Assembly: GCA_043753995.1 (NCBI GenBank)
Contig: JAYUVP010000252.1
Coordinates: 1-55,884 of the forward strand
From: Fibrobacterota bacterium
GTDB taxonomy: Bacteria; Fibrobacterota; Fibrobacteria; UBA11236
Direction: 5' to 3'
DNA length: 55,884 nucleotides
The notes under the pieces were generated by a model. The model did not search any database. It saw only the letters and a list, made by a program, of their open reading frames with translations, and was not told the origin of the DNA. Made by a program: the position numbers and the translations under genes. Position 1 is the stretch's first letter. Every line of letters begins with the position of its first letter. Below are positions 8,450 to 17,990 of the stretch, one piece after another.

Positions 8450-9538
8450 CTAACCTGCGAAAACTTCCGCGGGCAATCCGTCGAGGCCAGCCAAGGCATT
8501 GATGGCCACATCGCTATGACCGGCGGCGCGCAGGGGTGAAACTATTTCCTTGTACAAATCTGGAATGCCGCTGAGGAGAATTTCCGAATCGCCGCTGAGG
8601 GGCGACAAAGCGGCCTCGGGCAAGTCGGCAGGGAAAAGAACGGTGCTACCTAAGGGGGCCGACAAGGTGCCTCCCGGCCATTCGATGGCGAATCCCCCGC
8701 GTATCACGGTGCCCACGCGAAAACGCTGGGGTAACTTCAAAATGACGGCCCGGCGGAAATTGCGCCAGCGCCATAATGCAAAGTATGGGCAAGCCACCAA
8801 GGCTTCTGCATCGCAACCCGGTGTAGGTTGGTTGAGCGGAATGATTTTATGACTTTCATGCACGCGCAAATCCATGACCTGAGCGGCTTGAGAAAGATGC
8901 AAGGCGCGCGGCCGACCTTGATCGTCCAGGCGTCCCCAATCGTATAAGCGGAAAGTCGTATCGGAATTTTGCTGCAGTTCATAAATCAGGAGTCCGGCCG
9001 TAATGGCATGTACGGTTCCCGCGGGAATGAAAAGCATGTCCCCGGTCTTCACCGGTTCGCGGCGCAGCGCCTCTCCGCAGCGATCGGAAGCCAGGATAGA
9101 GGCCATGGCTTCGCGCGGCAGCGATTGCGAGACGCCGAGAATCAGCTCGGCATTTTCAGGCGCGTCGAGCACATACCAGCACTCGGTTTTGGCTTCGCCG
9201 AAAGGCGAGTTATCGCCCGGGTGCACTTGCACCGAAAGCGCTTCTCTTGCGCAAATGAACTTGTATAGCAGGGGAAATTCATTTTTATCGGCTGCACTTT
9301 GGAGACCTATTAAAGAAGGTCCGGCCTTTTCCATCAATTGCCGCAGACTTTGACCGGCGAATTGCCCCACCGCTACGGAGGTGACCGCTTCCCTTCGATC
9401 GGAAACCTCCCAGCTTTCTCCCGCGCGCGTTTGCGACGCATCGCCCTTGCTCAAATGTCGCCAAAGGCCGTCGCCGCCCCAAAGCTTGTCTTGAATGACT
9501 GGAGTGAAAAGCAGGGGTTCGCGCAGTGCCAAGCTCAT
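8450..9538 (-). CDS. manA: Class I mannose-6-phosphate isomerase
   Basis: KLWGG, GESWEVS, FPLLYKFI, LSVQVHP, KTECWY, IPAGTVHAI, ELQQNSDTTFRLYDW. Confidence 0.92.
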   Translation of the reverse strand: MSLALREPLLFTPVIQDKLWGGDGLWRHLSKGDASQTRAGESWEVSDRREAVTSVAVGQFAGQSLRQLMEKAGPSLIGLQSAADKNEFPLLYKFICAREALSVQVHPGDNSPFGEAKTECWYVLDAPENAELILGVSQSLPREAMASILASDRCGEALRREPVKTGDMLFIPAGTVHAITAGLLIYELQQNSDTTFRLYDWGRLDDQGRPRALHLSQAAQVMDLRVHESHKIIPLNQPTPGCDAEALVACPYFALWRWRNFRRAVILKLPQRFRVGTVIRGGFAIEWPGGTLSAPLGSTVLFPADLPEAALSPLSGDSEILLSGIPDLYKEIVSPLRAAGHSDVAINALAGLDGLPAEVFAG

Positions 9539-9634
9539 GCCTTAAAGATAGCCGCGTGACATAACGAGGAGTATGGCTATGGTTCCGATTCCCCCATAGC
9601 CAAAGTTTGAATTCTTAATCTCGGAGAAGGAGGA

Positions 9635-10072
9635 CTAAGCGGCGTTGCGGGCTTTTGCGAGGGTGCGGTGCTCTTCGGTTTGAATGACCGAAGCGAAGGC
9701 ATTCCCAAGATTTAGTGACAGCCCTTTGGGCGACAGGATTTTCTCGGCGAAGGTGTCAAAAGAATCGAAAATGCGACCTTGGAAAATCAGGTTGAATCCA
9801 ATGGTGGCGAATAGGTATTGGATATACTCGCTATTCGAAACGATATAGATGTCGCCACCGCGCTCTTGGACCCTTTTCATATTGTAAATCAGGGCACCGA
9901 TGCCGCCGCTGCAGAGAAAGGTGACCTCGTCGAGATTGAAAATGATATGGGTGCAACCCTGCTCGATCATTTTATGGATTTGGGTATCGAGTATGCGGCT
10001 ATTGTCCCAACCCACCTTACCCTTGACGAGAAAGAGGGCGATATCGGCATTGGCATTGACGCGAAGTTCCAT
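9635..10072 (-). CDS. STAS-domain anti-sigma-factor antagonist
   Basis: IIFNLDEVTFLCSGGIGALI matches STAS D(L)xxVxFIDSxGLGxL with the phospho-Ser retained. Confidence 0.85.
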   Translation of the reverse strand: MELRVNANADIALFLVKGKVGWDNSRILDTQIHKMIEQGCTHIIFNLDEVTFLCSGGIGALIYNMKRVQERGGDIYIVSNSEYIQYLFATIGFNLIFQGRIFDSFDTFAEKILSPKGLSLNLGNAFASVIQTEEHRTLAKARNAA

Positions 10073-10093
10073 AAAGACTCCAAACCGGCATTT

Positions 10094-11050
10094 TTATGCG
10101 GCCAGGTTGATATGCGCGCTCGCCACGGGTTTGGCTGAGCCAGCAAATGAATTTTCGAATGCCAGCTCATTATAGGGGGTGGCTTGCCGGTCGGCAAGTT
10201 GGCTTTCCAGCTTTTCAAAAGTGAGCCGATGCGTATCCTGATTCAATTTTGCCGATTCCCCCTGCAAGGGACCGGTGATTTTGGCTGCTTCACCAAAGCC
10301 GCGCTCAATCGCTTCCCTAATTTGCGCCGCAAAGCCATCGGGATCATCGCCATGGGCCCCAGCGAATTGCATAGCGAAATTCACAATGCGATTGGATGTG
10401 TTTTCGGCATTCCAATAATCGCCGGCTTCTTCCCCTTGCTGCACTTCGACGCGCAGATGGGATTCTTCCATGGTGACTTTCAGGGAAAAACCCTGGCCGC
10501 CCAACTCTTCCGTTTCCCCTTGCGAGTCCAGGCCTTGCGAATCTTGCGACGAGGCCTTGCGGGCTGCCACTAATTTTTCCCAAAGGCCTTGTAAACTCTC
10601 GTCTTGGTTCTCGCCCTTGCCCAGCAAGGCTTTCAGCACATTGAGCTGTTGGGTTTGCATTTCCTTTTTCACTTGCTGCATCAATTCATGCAGGTTGCCC
10701 CAAAGATCTTGCTTGCCATCAATAGCCTTGCCGTCTTCGGCGTCCTTGGCCTTTGCCTCACGAGAATCGTCGAGAAAGCTTGGCTTTTCCCCCTGCCATT
10801 GCGACATCTCAAAGGTTTCGCGGTGCGAGGTGAGCTCCAAGGTGTCGCCATCCCCCGACTGGTATTTCAGGGAAAAGGTTTCGCTGGTATAGCCGTAATA
10901 ACTGCCGCTGCTATAACGCGCAGGCAAGGCGCAGGAGTCGCCTTGTGGAGTTGTCGGGGTATTTCCCGGTGTCGCTGGCAAGACCTCCCCAGGCTTGGAA
11001 GAGACCGATGTCCGAGAATCGCAGGTGGGGCTTAGGGTTGCGGTTTCCAT
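10094..11050 (-). CDS. DUF5610-like protein
   Basis: C-terminal YWNAENTSNRIVNFAM...IERGFGEAAKITG.L; N-terminal SLKYQSGDGDTLEL; low-complexity linker. Confidence 0.7.
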   Translation of the reverse strand: METATLSPTCDSRTSVSSKPGEVLPATPGNTPTTPQGDSCALPARYSSGSYYGYTSETFSLKYQSGDGDTLELTSHRETFEMSQWQGEKPSFLDDSREAKAKDAEDGKAIDGKQDLWGNLHELMQQVKKEMQTQQLNVLKALLGKGENQDESLQGLWEKLVAARKASSQDSQGLDSQGETEELGGQGFSLKVTMEESHLRVEVQQGEEAGDYWNAENTSNRIVNFAMQFAGAHGDDPDGFAAQIREAIERGFGEAAKITGPLQGESAKLNQDTHRLTFEKLESQLADRQATPYNELAFENSFAGSAKPVASAHINLAA

Positions 11051-11082
11051 GAAAAATCTCCCGGGGAAGGGCTACTGTAAAC

Positions 11083-11110
11083 TTCTCGGAAGAATGCAAG
11101 TGAAACTTTA
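11083..11110 (-). promoter_or_regulatory. Putative sigma28 (FliA/SigD)-type promoter of the DUF5610-STAS genes
   Basis: Minus strand TAAAGTTT...TCCGAGAA (TAAA-N16-TCCGAGAA) versus consensus TAAA-N15/16-GCCGATAA. Confidence 0.45.
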
Positions 11111-11119
11111 AGGGTTTTA

Positions 11120-11150
11120 TGTGGATAGGCTGTGGAGACTGCGTGAACAG
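11120..11150. promoter_or_regulatory. Tandem DnaA-box-like sites upstream of dnaA
   Basis: TGTGGATAG (11120), TGTGGAGAC (11131), CGTGAACAG (11142): same orientation, 11-bp period; consensus TGTGGATAA. Confidence 0.65.
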
Positions 11151-11359
11151 GTGCGTAAGAACTCAGTTTTTTGAGAAAGAGCGAGATCATTTGGAACCTT
11201 GGGATGCAAGAGGCCGGAGCGTATCTTATCCGGTCCCTCCTTTGCGCTGCTGCTAGGCCCACCCCAAATCTCGAAAAGTCATCGAGTTAAGGTGGGCGAA
11301 GCTTCAGGTCGAATGAGTTGGCAACTTGGAATGACTTAAGCCCTTGAGGTGGACACACG

Positions 11360-12757
11360 ATGCATGACTCGCTCTGGCTGAAGACCCCGGACGCCCCGAT
11401 TTGGACCCGCTGTTTGCAAAGTTTGCGACATCGAGTCCCCGAGTCGGCGCTCAATACTTGGTTTTCAGCTTTGGAGTTGCTTCGCTGCGAAAACGGCGAA
11501 GCCGAAATAGGCGTTCCCAATACCTTTGTTCTGGAATACGTCGATCATCACTATCGCGCTTTGCTCGAAAGCGCCTTCGAGGCGACTCTTGGCCATGCCG
11601 TGAAGGTGACCCTTCGCGTCGCTAAGCCTCCCCAGCTCGAAGTGCTTCGCAAGGACGAGGATTTTGAGCCCGTTACGGCCCCTCCCCGCTCGTCCGACCT
11701 AGCCTGGCGTCGCGAGCGTCCGCGCGTCGACGTGAATATCAGCCTTAGTTCGCGCTATACCTTTGAAAGCTTCGTGGTGGGCGATTGCAACCAATTGGCG
11801 CATGCCGCCTGCATGGCGGTTGCCGAGGCACCCAGTTGCACTAATTTCAATCCCCTAGTGCTTTATGGCGGCACGGGCATGGGCAAGACGCATTTGCTAC
11901 AGGCCATCGCCCATTTTTGCGTCGAAAACGAGACGGCCCGGAAAATCGTCTATCGCACCAGCGAGGAATTCACTCGCGAATACATCGAATTCGTGCAAAA
12001 GAACAAAGACTCACGCACCTTTTATCAGGTCTATCGCGATGCCGACGTTTTGCTCATCGACGATATTCAATTCCTGGCGGGCAAGGAAAAGACCCAGGAC
12101 GAGTTCCACAATATTTTCTCCGTGCTCCAATCGCTGAATAAGCAAATCGTCATCACCTCCGACCGTCCGCCGAGTGAAATTCAAGGCCTGCATACCCGCT
12201 TGCTTTCGCGCTTCGATACCGGCTTATTGGCCGATTTGCAGCCGCCCAATCTTGAGACACGTCTGGCCATTCTCAAGAAAAAGGCCGAAAGCGATCCGAC
12301 CTCTTGTGTGAATGAGGATGTGCTGGGCTATGTGGCCGCCCATGTGGTTTCCAATATTCGCGAACTCGAAGGCGTGCTTATCAAGCTTTCTGCCTATGCC
12401 AGCTTCACCCATTTGCCTATCACGGTCGATATCGCCAAGCAAATTCTCGGCGACACCGTACGCAATGCCCATCAACCGGTGACTATCAAGCGCGTGGTGG
12501 AATTGGTAGCTCAATCGTTTCAGCTTCCCGTCACCTTGCTCACTTCCCAGACCCGCAAGAAAAATGTGGCGGAGCCCCGGCAAATCGCCATGTATTTGGC
12601 CCGACAATTGACCGACAATTCCTTGCACACCATCGGATTGGCCTTCGGCCGTGATTATAGTACGGTCATTCATAGTGTGAAAAAAGTCGAGCAAAGCTTG
12701 GAGCGTGAGCCCGATTTGCGGGCCCAAGTCGATCGCCTTCTGTCCCAACTGGCCTGA
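11360..12757 (+). CDS. dnaA: Chromosomal replication initiator DnaA
   Basis: YTFESFVVGDCNQLA, FNPLVLYGGTGMGKTHLL, LLIDDIQFL, ITSDRPP, RLLSRF, SNIRELEG, PRQIAMYL, GRDYSTVIHS; GAGGTGG SD. Confidence 0.98.
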   Translation: MHDSLWLKTPDAPIWTRCLQSLRHRVPESALNTWFSALELLRCENGEAEIGVPNTFVLEYVDHHYRALLESAFEATLGHAVKVTLRVAKPPQLEVLRKDEDFEPVTAPPRSSDLAWRRERPRVDVNISLSSRYTFESFVVGDCNQLAHAACMAVAEAPSCTNFNPLVLYGGTGMGKTHLLQAIAHFCVENETARKIVYRTSEEFTREYIEFVQKNKDSRTFYQVYRDADVLLIDDIQFLAGKEKTQDEFHNIFSVLQSLNKQIVITSDRPPSEIQGLHTRLLSRFDTGLLADLQPPNLETRLAILKKKAESDPTSCVNEDVLGYVAAHVVSNIRELEGVLIKLSAYASFTHLPITVDIAKQILGDTVRNAHQPVTIKRVVELVAQSFQLPVTLLTSQTRKKNVAEPRQIAMYLARQLTDNSLHTIGLAFGRDYSTVIHSVKKVEQSLEREPDLRAQVDRLLSQLA

Positions 12758-12831
12758 TTTTCTCCGGCGCGCTTGTCAGTGCGCCCGCGATTAGGGTACT
12801 TTGCTCGCTTCCCCAAAGTTCAGGGCAAGAC

Positions 12832-13527
12832 ATGCAGCACGGATCCGAATTTCTGCAAATTCTCACCAAGGCCACCGGGCTGACCATGATTACCGTGGTG
12901 GCCATGTTTGGTCTTTCCATTGGCGTGTGGACCATATTGATACGCAAATGGGTGGGCAATAATTCACGCAAGACCAGCTTCAACCGCTGGAAGGCCGTCA
13001 TGTCGGCGAAAGCCGGCTTTCCCGATTTGGTCAAGCAGGCCAAGCAAATGCCGGATTGCCCCCAAAGTCGCATCACCCAGGCCGCCCTGGGCGAAATGGA
13101 AGGCTTGGCAACCTTTGTCTCCTATGACAGCATTGAAGTCCGTAGCCAACTGGTTCAGGATGCGATTGAAAGACAAATTGATCGCGAGCGCGACGTCGCC
13201 GATCGCGGCTTGGTCTTTCTCGCTTTTTGTACCGCCACCGGTCCCCTCATCGGATTGCTCGGCACCATTTGGGGCATCATGGAAGCCTTCTTTCAAATCG
13301 GCAAGCAGGGGTCGGCCAATATTACCGTGGTCGCTCCCGGCATCGCTGAAGCCCTCATCGCCGTGCTGGCGGGCCTCTTCGTCGCCATTCCCAGCTCGCT
13401 CGGCTACAATGCCTTTGCCGGATTCAATCGCAAAGCCGAATCCATCATGTTCACCTTCGGCTCGGAATTGGTGAGCCTGTTCAAGCGCGGCGATCTCTCT
13501 GCCCTTGAACGCAATTCGCGCACCTAA
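12832..13527 (+). CDS. tolQ: TolQ (MotA/TolQ/ExbB family)
   Basis: Three TM helices; PLIGLLGTIWGIMEAF, VAPGIAEAL...VAIP; tol-pal context. Confidence 0.9.
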   Translation: MQHGSEFLQILTKATGLTMITVVAMFGLSIGVWTILIRKWVGNNSRKTSFNRWKAVMSAKAGFPDLVKQAKQMPDCPQSRITQAALGEMEGLATFVSYDSIEVRSQLVQDAIERQIDRERDVADRGLVFLAFCTATGPLIGLLGTIWGIMEAFFQIGKQGSANITVVAPGIAEALIAVLAGLFVAIPSSLGYNAFAGFNRKAESIMFTFGSELVSLFKRGDLSALERNSRT

Positions 13528-13536
13528 GGCCTGAGC

Positions 13537-13953
13537 ATGCGTCGCCGCGAGAGTTTGCATATCAATGCCGAATTGAACATCATCAACTTGGTCGATGTGA
13601 TCTTCGCCATTTTGGTGGTTTTCATGATCACGGCGCCCCTCATGAGTCAGGGCGTCAAGGTCGAATTGCCCAAGGCCCAGGCCAGCAGCCTGGAAGAGAA
13701 AAAAGCCATCCAGGTGACCATTACCCAGTCGCGTGAAATCCTTATCAATGACATGGCCTCGGATTTACGCGGCTTTGAAAAGGATTTTCGCAATGTCTGG
13801 ACGGGCGATGAGGAAACGGCCATTATCGTGAATGCCGATCAAACCGTGCCTTATGGCTATGTCATGCAAATCGTGGCGGCCGTGCAAAGACAAGGCGGCA
13901 AGCGGCTGGGCTTTCTCACGGATCCCACTTCGCGGCCGGTTCGCCCCAACTGA
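13537..13953 (+). CDS. tolR: TolR (ExbD/TolR family)
   Basis: INLVDVIFAILVVFMITAP with the essential Asp; VELPKA; ADQTVPYG. Confidence 0.9.
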   Translation: MRRRESLHINAELNIINLVDVIFAILVVFMITAPLMSQGVKVELPKAQASSLEEKKAIQVTITQSREILINDMASDLRGFEKDFRNVWTGDEETAIIVNADQTVPYGYVMQIVAAVQRQGGKRLGFLTDPTSRPVRPN

Positions 13954-13964
13954 GGTTTGCCGGC

Positions 13965-14717
13965 ATGGCCACGACTCGTTCCCCTCATTCCCTCCCACCT
14001 TCTCCCAAAGCGGGTGAGGCGGGTGACTTGACCTTACGTGTGCTGGAAGCCCGCGAGGTCGGCGGCAATCTGGGCCTCATTCTTTCTTTGGCTTTTCACC
14101 TGATTGGCGTAGCGGTTTTGCTTTCCTTCGCCTTGCTTGCGCCCAAGCGGCCCAGCACGGTTCCCATTATCGAACTGGTCAATTTGAGCCCGCCTAAGCT
14201 GCGGCCCCTGCGCCCCAAGGTGCAGCCACCACCCGAGCCACCTCCTCCTGAGCCTGCTCGTATACCCGATGCCCCCAAGCTCAGCACCAAGCCCGACAAA
14301 GCGGTGACGCCGAAAAAGCCTGAGCCCAAGGTCGTCAAGGACGAGCCCGACACCACCTTGAAGCCCTCAGAAAATGCGCCACTTCCTGAAGAGTCGCAAC
14401 CTCAAATCGTTTCGCATGTGCCCGCCGATCCCCGTCTTTCCTTTTGGGCCAGCCGCGTGAAAAAGAAGGCCGAAGCCCTGTGGAACCCTCCGACTGGCCT
14501 TGAAATCTCGGGCAAGGCCACCGCGGTAGTCAATTTCAAGGTGGCCAGAGATGGAACCGTGAGCGATGCAGCCCTTTCCGGCAGCACCGGCAATGGAGAT
14601 CTCGATGACTTGGCCTTACAATCCGTACAGCGTATGGAAAGAGTGCCGCCATTACCGGAAAACTATCCCGAAGAGCAGGTCCAAGTGAGCTATGAATTCG
14701 TGTACAAGGGGCAATGA
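13965..14717 (+). CDS. tolA: TolA/TonB-family energy transducer
   Basis: TM helix with SLAFH (S-x3-H motif), Pro-rich linker, TonB_C-like WNPP...FKVARDG.V...STGNGDLDDLA. Confidence 0.8.
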   Translation: MATTRSPHSLPPSPKAGEAGDLTLRVLEAREVGGNLGLILSLAFHLIGVAVLLSFALLAPKRPSTVPIIELVNLSPPKLRPLRPKVQPPPEPPPPEPARIPDAPKLSTKPDKAVTPKKPEPKVVKDEPDTTLKPSENAPLPEESQPQIVSHVPADPRLSFWASRVKKKAEALWNPPTGLEISGKATAVVNFKVARDGTVSDAALSGSTGNGDLDDLALQSVQRMERVPPLPENYPEEQVQVSYEFVYKGQ

Positions 14718-14721
14718 TCCG

Positions 14722-16035
14722 TTGAAAACCCTCGGCTTCCATTCAGATCGAAACCGCCTGACGAAAAAGTTCGGATTCGCCTTCGGCCTAATGGTGGCCA
14801 TGGTGGGCTTTGTCCCGCATTACGCCTCCGGGGCCGATGTGGTCATCACTTCGGAACAGCAAAGCGCCGAAGTCGTGTCTATTGGCCTCACCGAAATACG
14901 CTGCATCAAGGGCGATGCGAGCTTATTACCCTATCAACCGGGCGCGGTTTTGCATGATGATCTCGATTTCAGCGCACGGTTCAAGCTCACGCTTTCCGCG
15001 CAATTCGATAGTTCCAGCAAGACGCATTTCAAGCAAGAAGGGGCGCTGGCTTATATCAAAGGCCAGTATACCCTGGAAGGCGGACGATTCACTTTAGAAT
15101 GCGATTTGCTTGACATTGACACTCAAGAGCGCATCCTGGGGAAAAAATACAGTGGCGCTACCAAGGAAATCCGTGGAGCCGTGCATCAATTTGCCGATGA
15201 AATGGTGTGGCAGCTTTTCGGGGAGCGCGGCATTGCCAAATCGCGTTTGACCGTGGTCACCAAGCGCGGCGGCAATAAGGAAATCATGGCGATGGACTAT
15301 GATGGTTTCGGCACCCAGGACGTGACACGAAATCGGTCCATCAACTTGACGCCGATTTTCATGGGCGGCAAGGACAAAATCATTTATACCAGCTATATCG
15401 CTGGCCTGCCTAATTTTCAACAGGCTGATTTGAATACTGGCAAGAGCAGCCTTTTATTCAAGTCCCAATTCATGTGCTCGGCCCCCAGTTTCAATAAAAT
15501 GGACAAGGAAATCGTCTATGCCGGCAGCCAGGACGGCAATTCCGAAATTTATCGCCGGGCCGCGGATGGTTCGGGCAAGGCAACGCGGCTGACCTTTAAT
15601 GGATCGATTGAAACCTCGCCAAGTTGGTCGCCCAATGGCTATGAAATTGTTTTCATGTCCGATCGAAGCGGCAAACCCATGCTTTATATCATGGACCGAG
15701 ACGGCGCGAATGTACGTCGTATCACTTATGACGGGGATTATTATGGATCGCCAGCCTGGTCGCCCAAGGGCGATCGCATTGCCTGTTCGGTTATGGACGA
15801 GGGCAATAATTTCAGCATTTGGACGTTTTCGACCGAAGGCAAGGATGCCCGTAAGCTGACCACGGGGGGAGGGAGCAATGAAAGCCCATCCTGGAGCCCG
15901 GACGGGCGCCATATCGCCTTTATGTCCACGCGCACGGGCAGTTCTGAAATCTGGGTTATCCAGGCAGACGGAAGCCATCCTCGGCGGCTGAGCTATACCG
16001 GCGGAAATTCCATGCCCTCTTGGTCGGACTTTTAG
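14722..16035 (+). CDS. tolB: TolB beta-propeller
   Basis: DDLDFSARF N-domain, VHQFADE, MDYDG, repeated PSWSPDG (PD40) blades. Start uncertain: TTG 14722 chosen, ORF open from 14692. Confidence 0.93.
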   Translation: MKTLGFHSDRNRLTKKFGFAFGLMVAMVGFVPHYASGADVVITSEQQSAEVVSIGLTEIRCIKGDASLLPYQPGAVLHDDLDFSARFKLTLSAQFDSSSKTHFKQEGALAYIKGQYTLEGGRFTLECDLLDIDTQERILGKKYSGATKEIRGAVHQFADEMVWQLFGERGIAKSRLTVVTKRGGNKEIMAMDYDGFGTQDVTRNRSINLTPIFMGGKDKIIYTSYIAGLPNFQQADLNTGKSSLLFKSQFMCSAPSFNKMDKEIVYAGSQDGNSEIYRRAADGSGKATRLTFNGSIETSPSWSPNGYEIVFMSDRSGKPMLYIMDRDGANVRRITYDGDYYGSPAWSPKGDRIACSVMDEGNNFSIWTFSTEGKDARKLTTGGGSNESPSWSPDGRHIAFMSTRTGSSEIWVIQADGSHPRRLSYTGGNSMPSWSDF

Positions 16036-16131
16036 CCCGTAATTCACTGGGGTGATTTTTTTCAGGAATCTGGAAATCTCAGGGATTTGTTTTAGATTTC
16101 ATTAAAACGCGGATCTTTTAAGGAGTAGCAG

Positions 16132-16668
16132 ATGAAAGTCTCGCATCTTGGCATAGTTGCTAGCCTCGGCTTAAGTGCCATGGTTTTTTTGGGTTGCCCA
16201 AGCAAGCCGCCGGTAACACCACCGGCCGAACCCCCTCCACCTGTGATGCAGCCTCCCGCGCCGACTCCCACTCCGGAAGCGCCCCGTGTGGATGAAGAGG
16301 CCTTGCGCCGTCAGCGCATTCAGGCTCGCATTGCCGAGACCTTTAAGCCGATTTATTTCGACTATGACAAGAGCGCCTTGACTGAAGATGGCAAGCGCAT
16401 CGCTCAAGCCATTGGCGATCTGATGAAGGAAGTTCCTGAAATCACGGCTCGCATCGAAGGTCATGCCGACGAACGCGGAACCAATGAATACAACTTGGCC
16501 CTCGGCGAGCATCGCGCCAAGGCCGTGCAAGATTATTTGGTGAATTATGGCGTGAAGGTCGGGCGTCTTAGCCTCATCAGCTATGGCGAAGAGAAGCCTG
16601 CCGCTGAAGGCCACGATGAATCGGCCTTCTCCAAGAATCGCCGCGACGAATTCACCACCTCGTTCTGA
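16132..16668 (+). CDS. pal: Peptidoglycan-associated lipoprotein Pal
   Basis: FLGC lipobox; IYFDYDKS, IEGHADERGTNEYNLALG, ISYGEEKP, KNRR. Confidence 0.97.
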   Translation: MKVSHLGIVASLGLSAMVFLGCPSKPPVTPPAEPPPPVMQPPAPTPTPEAPRVDEEALRRQRIQARIAETFKPIYFDYDKSALTEDGKRIAQAIGDLMKEVPEITARIEGHADERGTNEYNLALGEHRAKAVQDYLVNYGVKVGRLSLISYGEEKPAAEGHDESAFSKNRRDEFTTSF

Positions 16669-16694
16669 GGTATTTCGAGTCCATTTGTTTTTAC

Positions 16695-16728
16695 AAGGGC
16701 TGCCCACAAGGCAGCCCTTCTTATTTTT
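16695..16728 (+). terminator. Hairpin terminator/stabiliser after pal
   Basis: AAGGGCTGCC-CACAA-GGCAGCCCTT followed by CTTATTTTT. Confidence 0.75.
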
Positions 16729-16760
16729 CAAAGACCTTTTTAGTGGGTGAGGAAATGGCG

Positions 16761-17576
16761 ATGAAGCGAATCGATTCCCGTTTTTTAGGCCGCGGCCTTC
16801 AAGCCCTCGGCGTGGCGGCTTTCCTGCTCGGCGCGGTTGGGTGTTCCAGCTTTACGGTTTTACGAACCCAGGAAATTAGGGCCGTAGGTGATTCCGTCAA
16901 AGTCGTCGAGCAACGCATTACCGAATTACAAAAGTCGGTGGATGATCTGAATCTCAAGCAAGGCGGAACCTCAAGCAAGATGAAGGCCGACCTATCCCTT
17001 ATGCTTGGCGAATTGAAAGATCAAATCAGCAAGCTGCAAAGCGAAATCGATGAGACCCAATATCGCCTCGGGCAATTGTCGACCAAGCTGGAGCATTTGG
17101 AACAGCGCAAAATTATTGTGGGCAATGATACCGCTACTGCCGTGGCTGGTGGTGCGAATGGCGCCGCTGGAGCTAAACCTGTCGCACCCCTTCGCGTTAT
17201 GGATGGTTTGGATTTGGAGCATGTATTCAATCAGGCCCGCGAGGACTATGTGCGAGGCAAATACGATCTCAGCTATACCGGTTTCAAAACGGTTTATGAA
17301 AAAGACGCCGGTGGCAGCTACAAGGAATTGGCCATTTATTGGATGGGTGAATGCCTTTACAAAGGCGGCAAGCCCGACAAAGCCCTGGAAATTTATGAGC
17401 GTAGCTTGAAAGAGTTTCCTCGCGGCACCAAGGCTTGCTCATCGCGCTTTAAAATCGGCCTGATACAAAATGAGGCGAGAGCCCAAGACAAAAGGGATGA
17501 GGCCTGGGTTGCCTTAATTAAGGAATGCCCCGCCAGCAATGAAGCGGCGCGTGCCCAGGAAATGATGAAGGAATAA
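16761..17576 (+). CDS. cpoB: CpoB/YbgF coiled-coil + TPR protein (lipoprotein form)
   Basis: AVGC lipobox, coiled coil, TPR with AIYWMGECLY; follows pal. Confidence 0.85.
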   Translation: MKRIDSRFLGRGLQALGVAAFLLGAVGCSSFTVLRTQEIRAVGDSVKVVEQRITELQKSVDDLNLKQGGTSSKMKADLSLMLGELKDQISKLQSEIDETQYRLGQLSTKLEHLEQRKIIVGNDTATAVAGGANGAAGAKPVAPLRVMDGLDLEHVFNQAREDYVRGKYDLSYTGFKTVYEKDAGGSYKELAIYWMGECLYKGGKPDKALEIYERSLKEFPRGTKACSSRFKIGLIQNEARAQDKRDEAWVALIKECPASNEAARAQEMMKE

Positions 17577-17582
17577 TGGGAT

Positions 17583-17990
17583 TTAGTGAATGCCCTTGCT
17601 AGTAAGGTAAGGGCCGTATTTCTTGTCAACGCCTAGAATATGTCCCGCCAGCCAGTTTTTTAAGAAATTCCCCAGTTTTTCGCCATTTTCCGCGGTTGGG
17701 GCAGTCAGGAAATCCTGGCCAAGGCGGGTTACCAAATGCAAAAGATTTTTATGGCTTTCTTGATGAGCCACTAAATCCGGATAGGCGTTTTTCTGCATCA
17801 TTTCTTCTTCGTCGGAGAAGTGCTTTTGAGTAAAGCTCAGCAAGTCCTTCAAATGTTTTTGTGCCTCGGGGAAATTCGAATTTTGATGAGCGGCATAAAA
17901 ACCATTCATATAGCCCACGATTTGCTGATGCTGGGAATCGAAGTGGGAAATATTGACGGAAAAAAGCGGTTTCCAATCAAATAGCGACAT
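17583..17990 (-). CDS. Single-domain bacteriohemerythrin
   Basis: W...SVNI..FDSQH, HFSDEE, YP...AHQESH, WLAGHILGVDK; GGAG SD before ATG 17990. Confidence 0.93.
   Translation of the reverse strand: MSLFDWKPLFSVNISHFDSQHQQIVGYMNGFYAAHQNSNFPEAQKHLKDLLSFTQKHFSDEEEMMQKNAYPDLVAHQESHKNLLHLVTRLGQDFLTAPTAENGEKLGNFLKNWLAGHILGVDKKYGPYLTSKGIH

Noticed and set aside
9554..9602. dif-like site and inverted repeat upstream of manA
   Set aside because: Only CATAA/TTATG partly matches; the arms are poor and a site next to dnaA is implausible. TGGCTATGG/CCATAGCCA is more likely a transcript-end hairpin.
11051..11359. Definite oriC
   Set aside because: Only one near-consensus DnaA box and no clear DUE or DnaA-trios; GC skew cannot be computed here.
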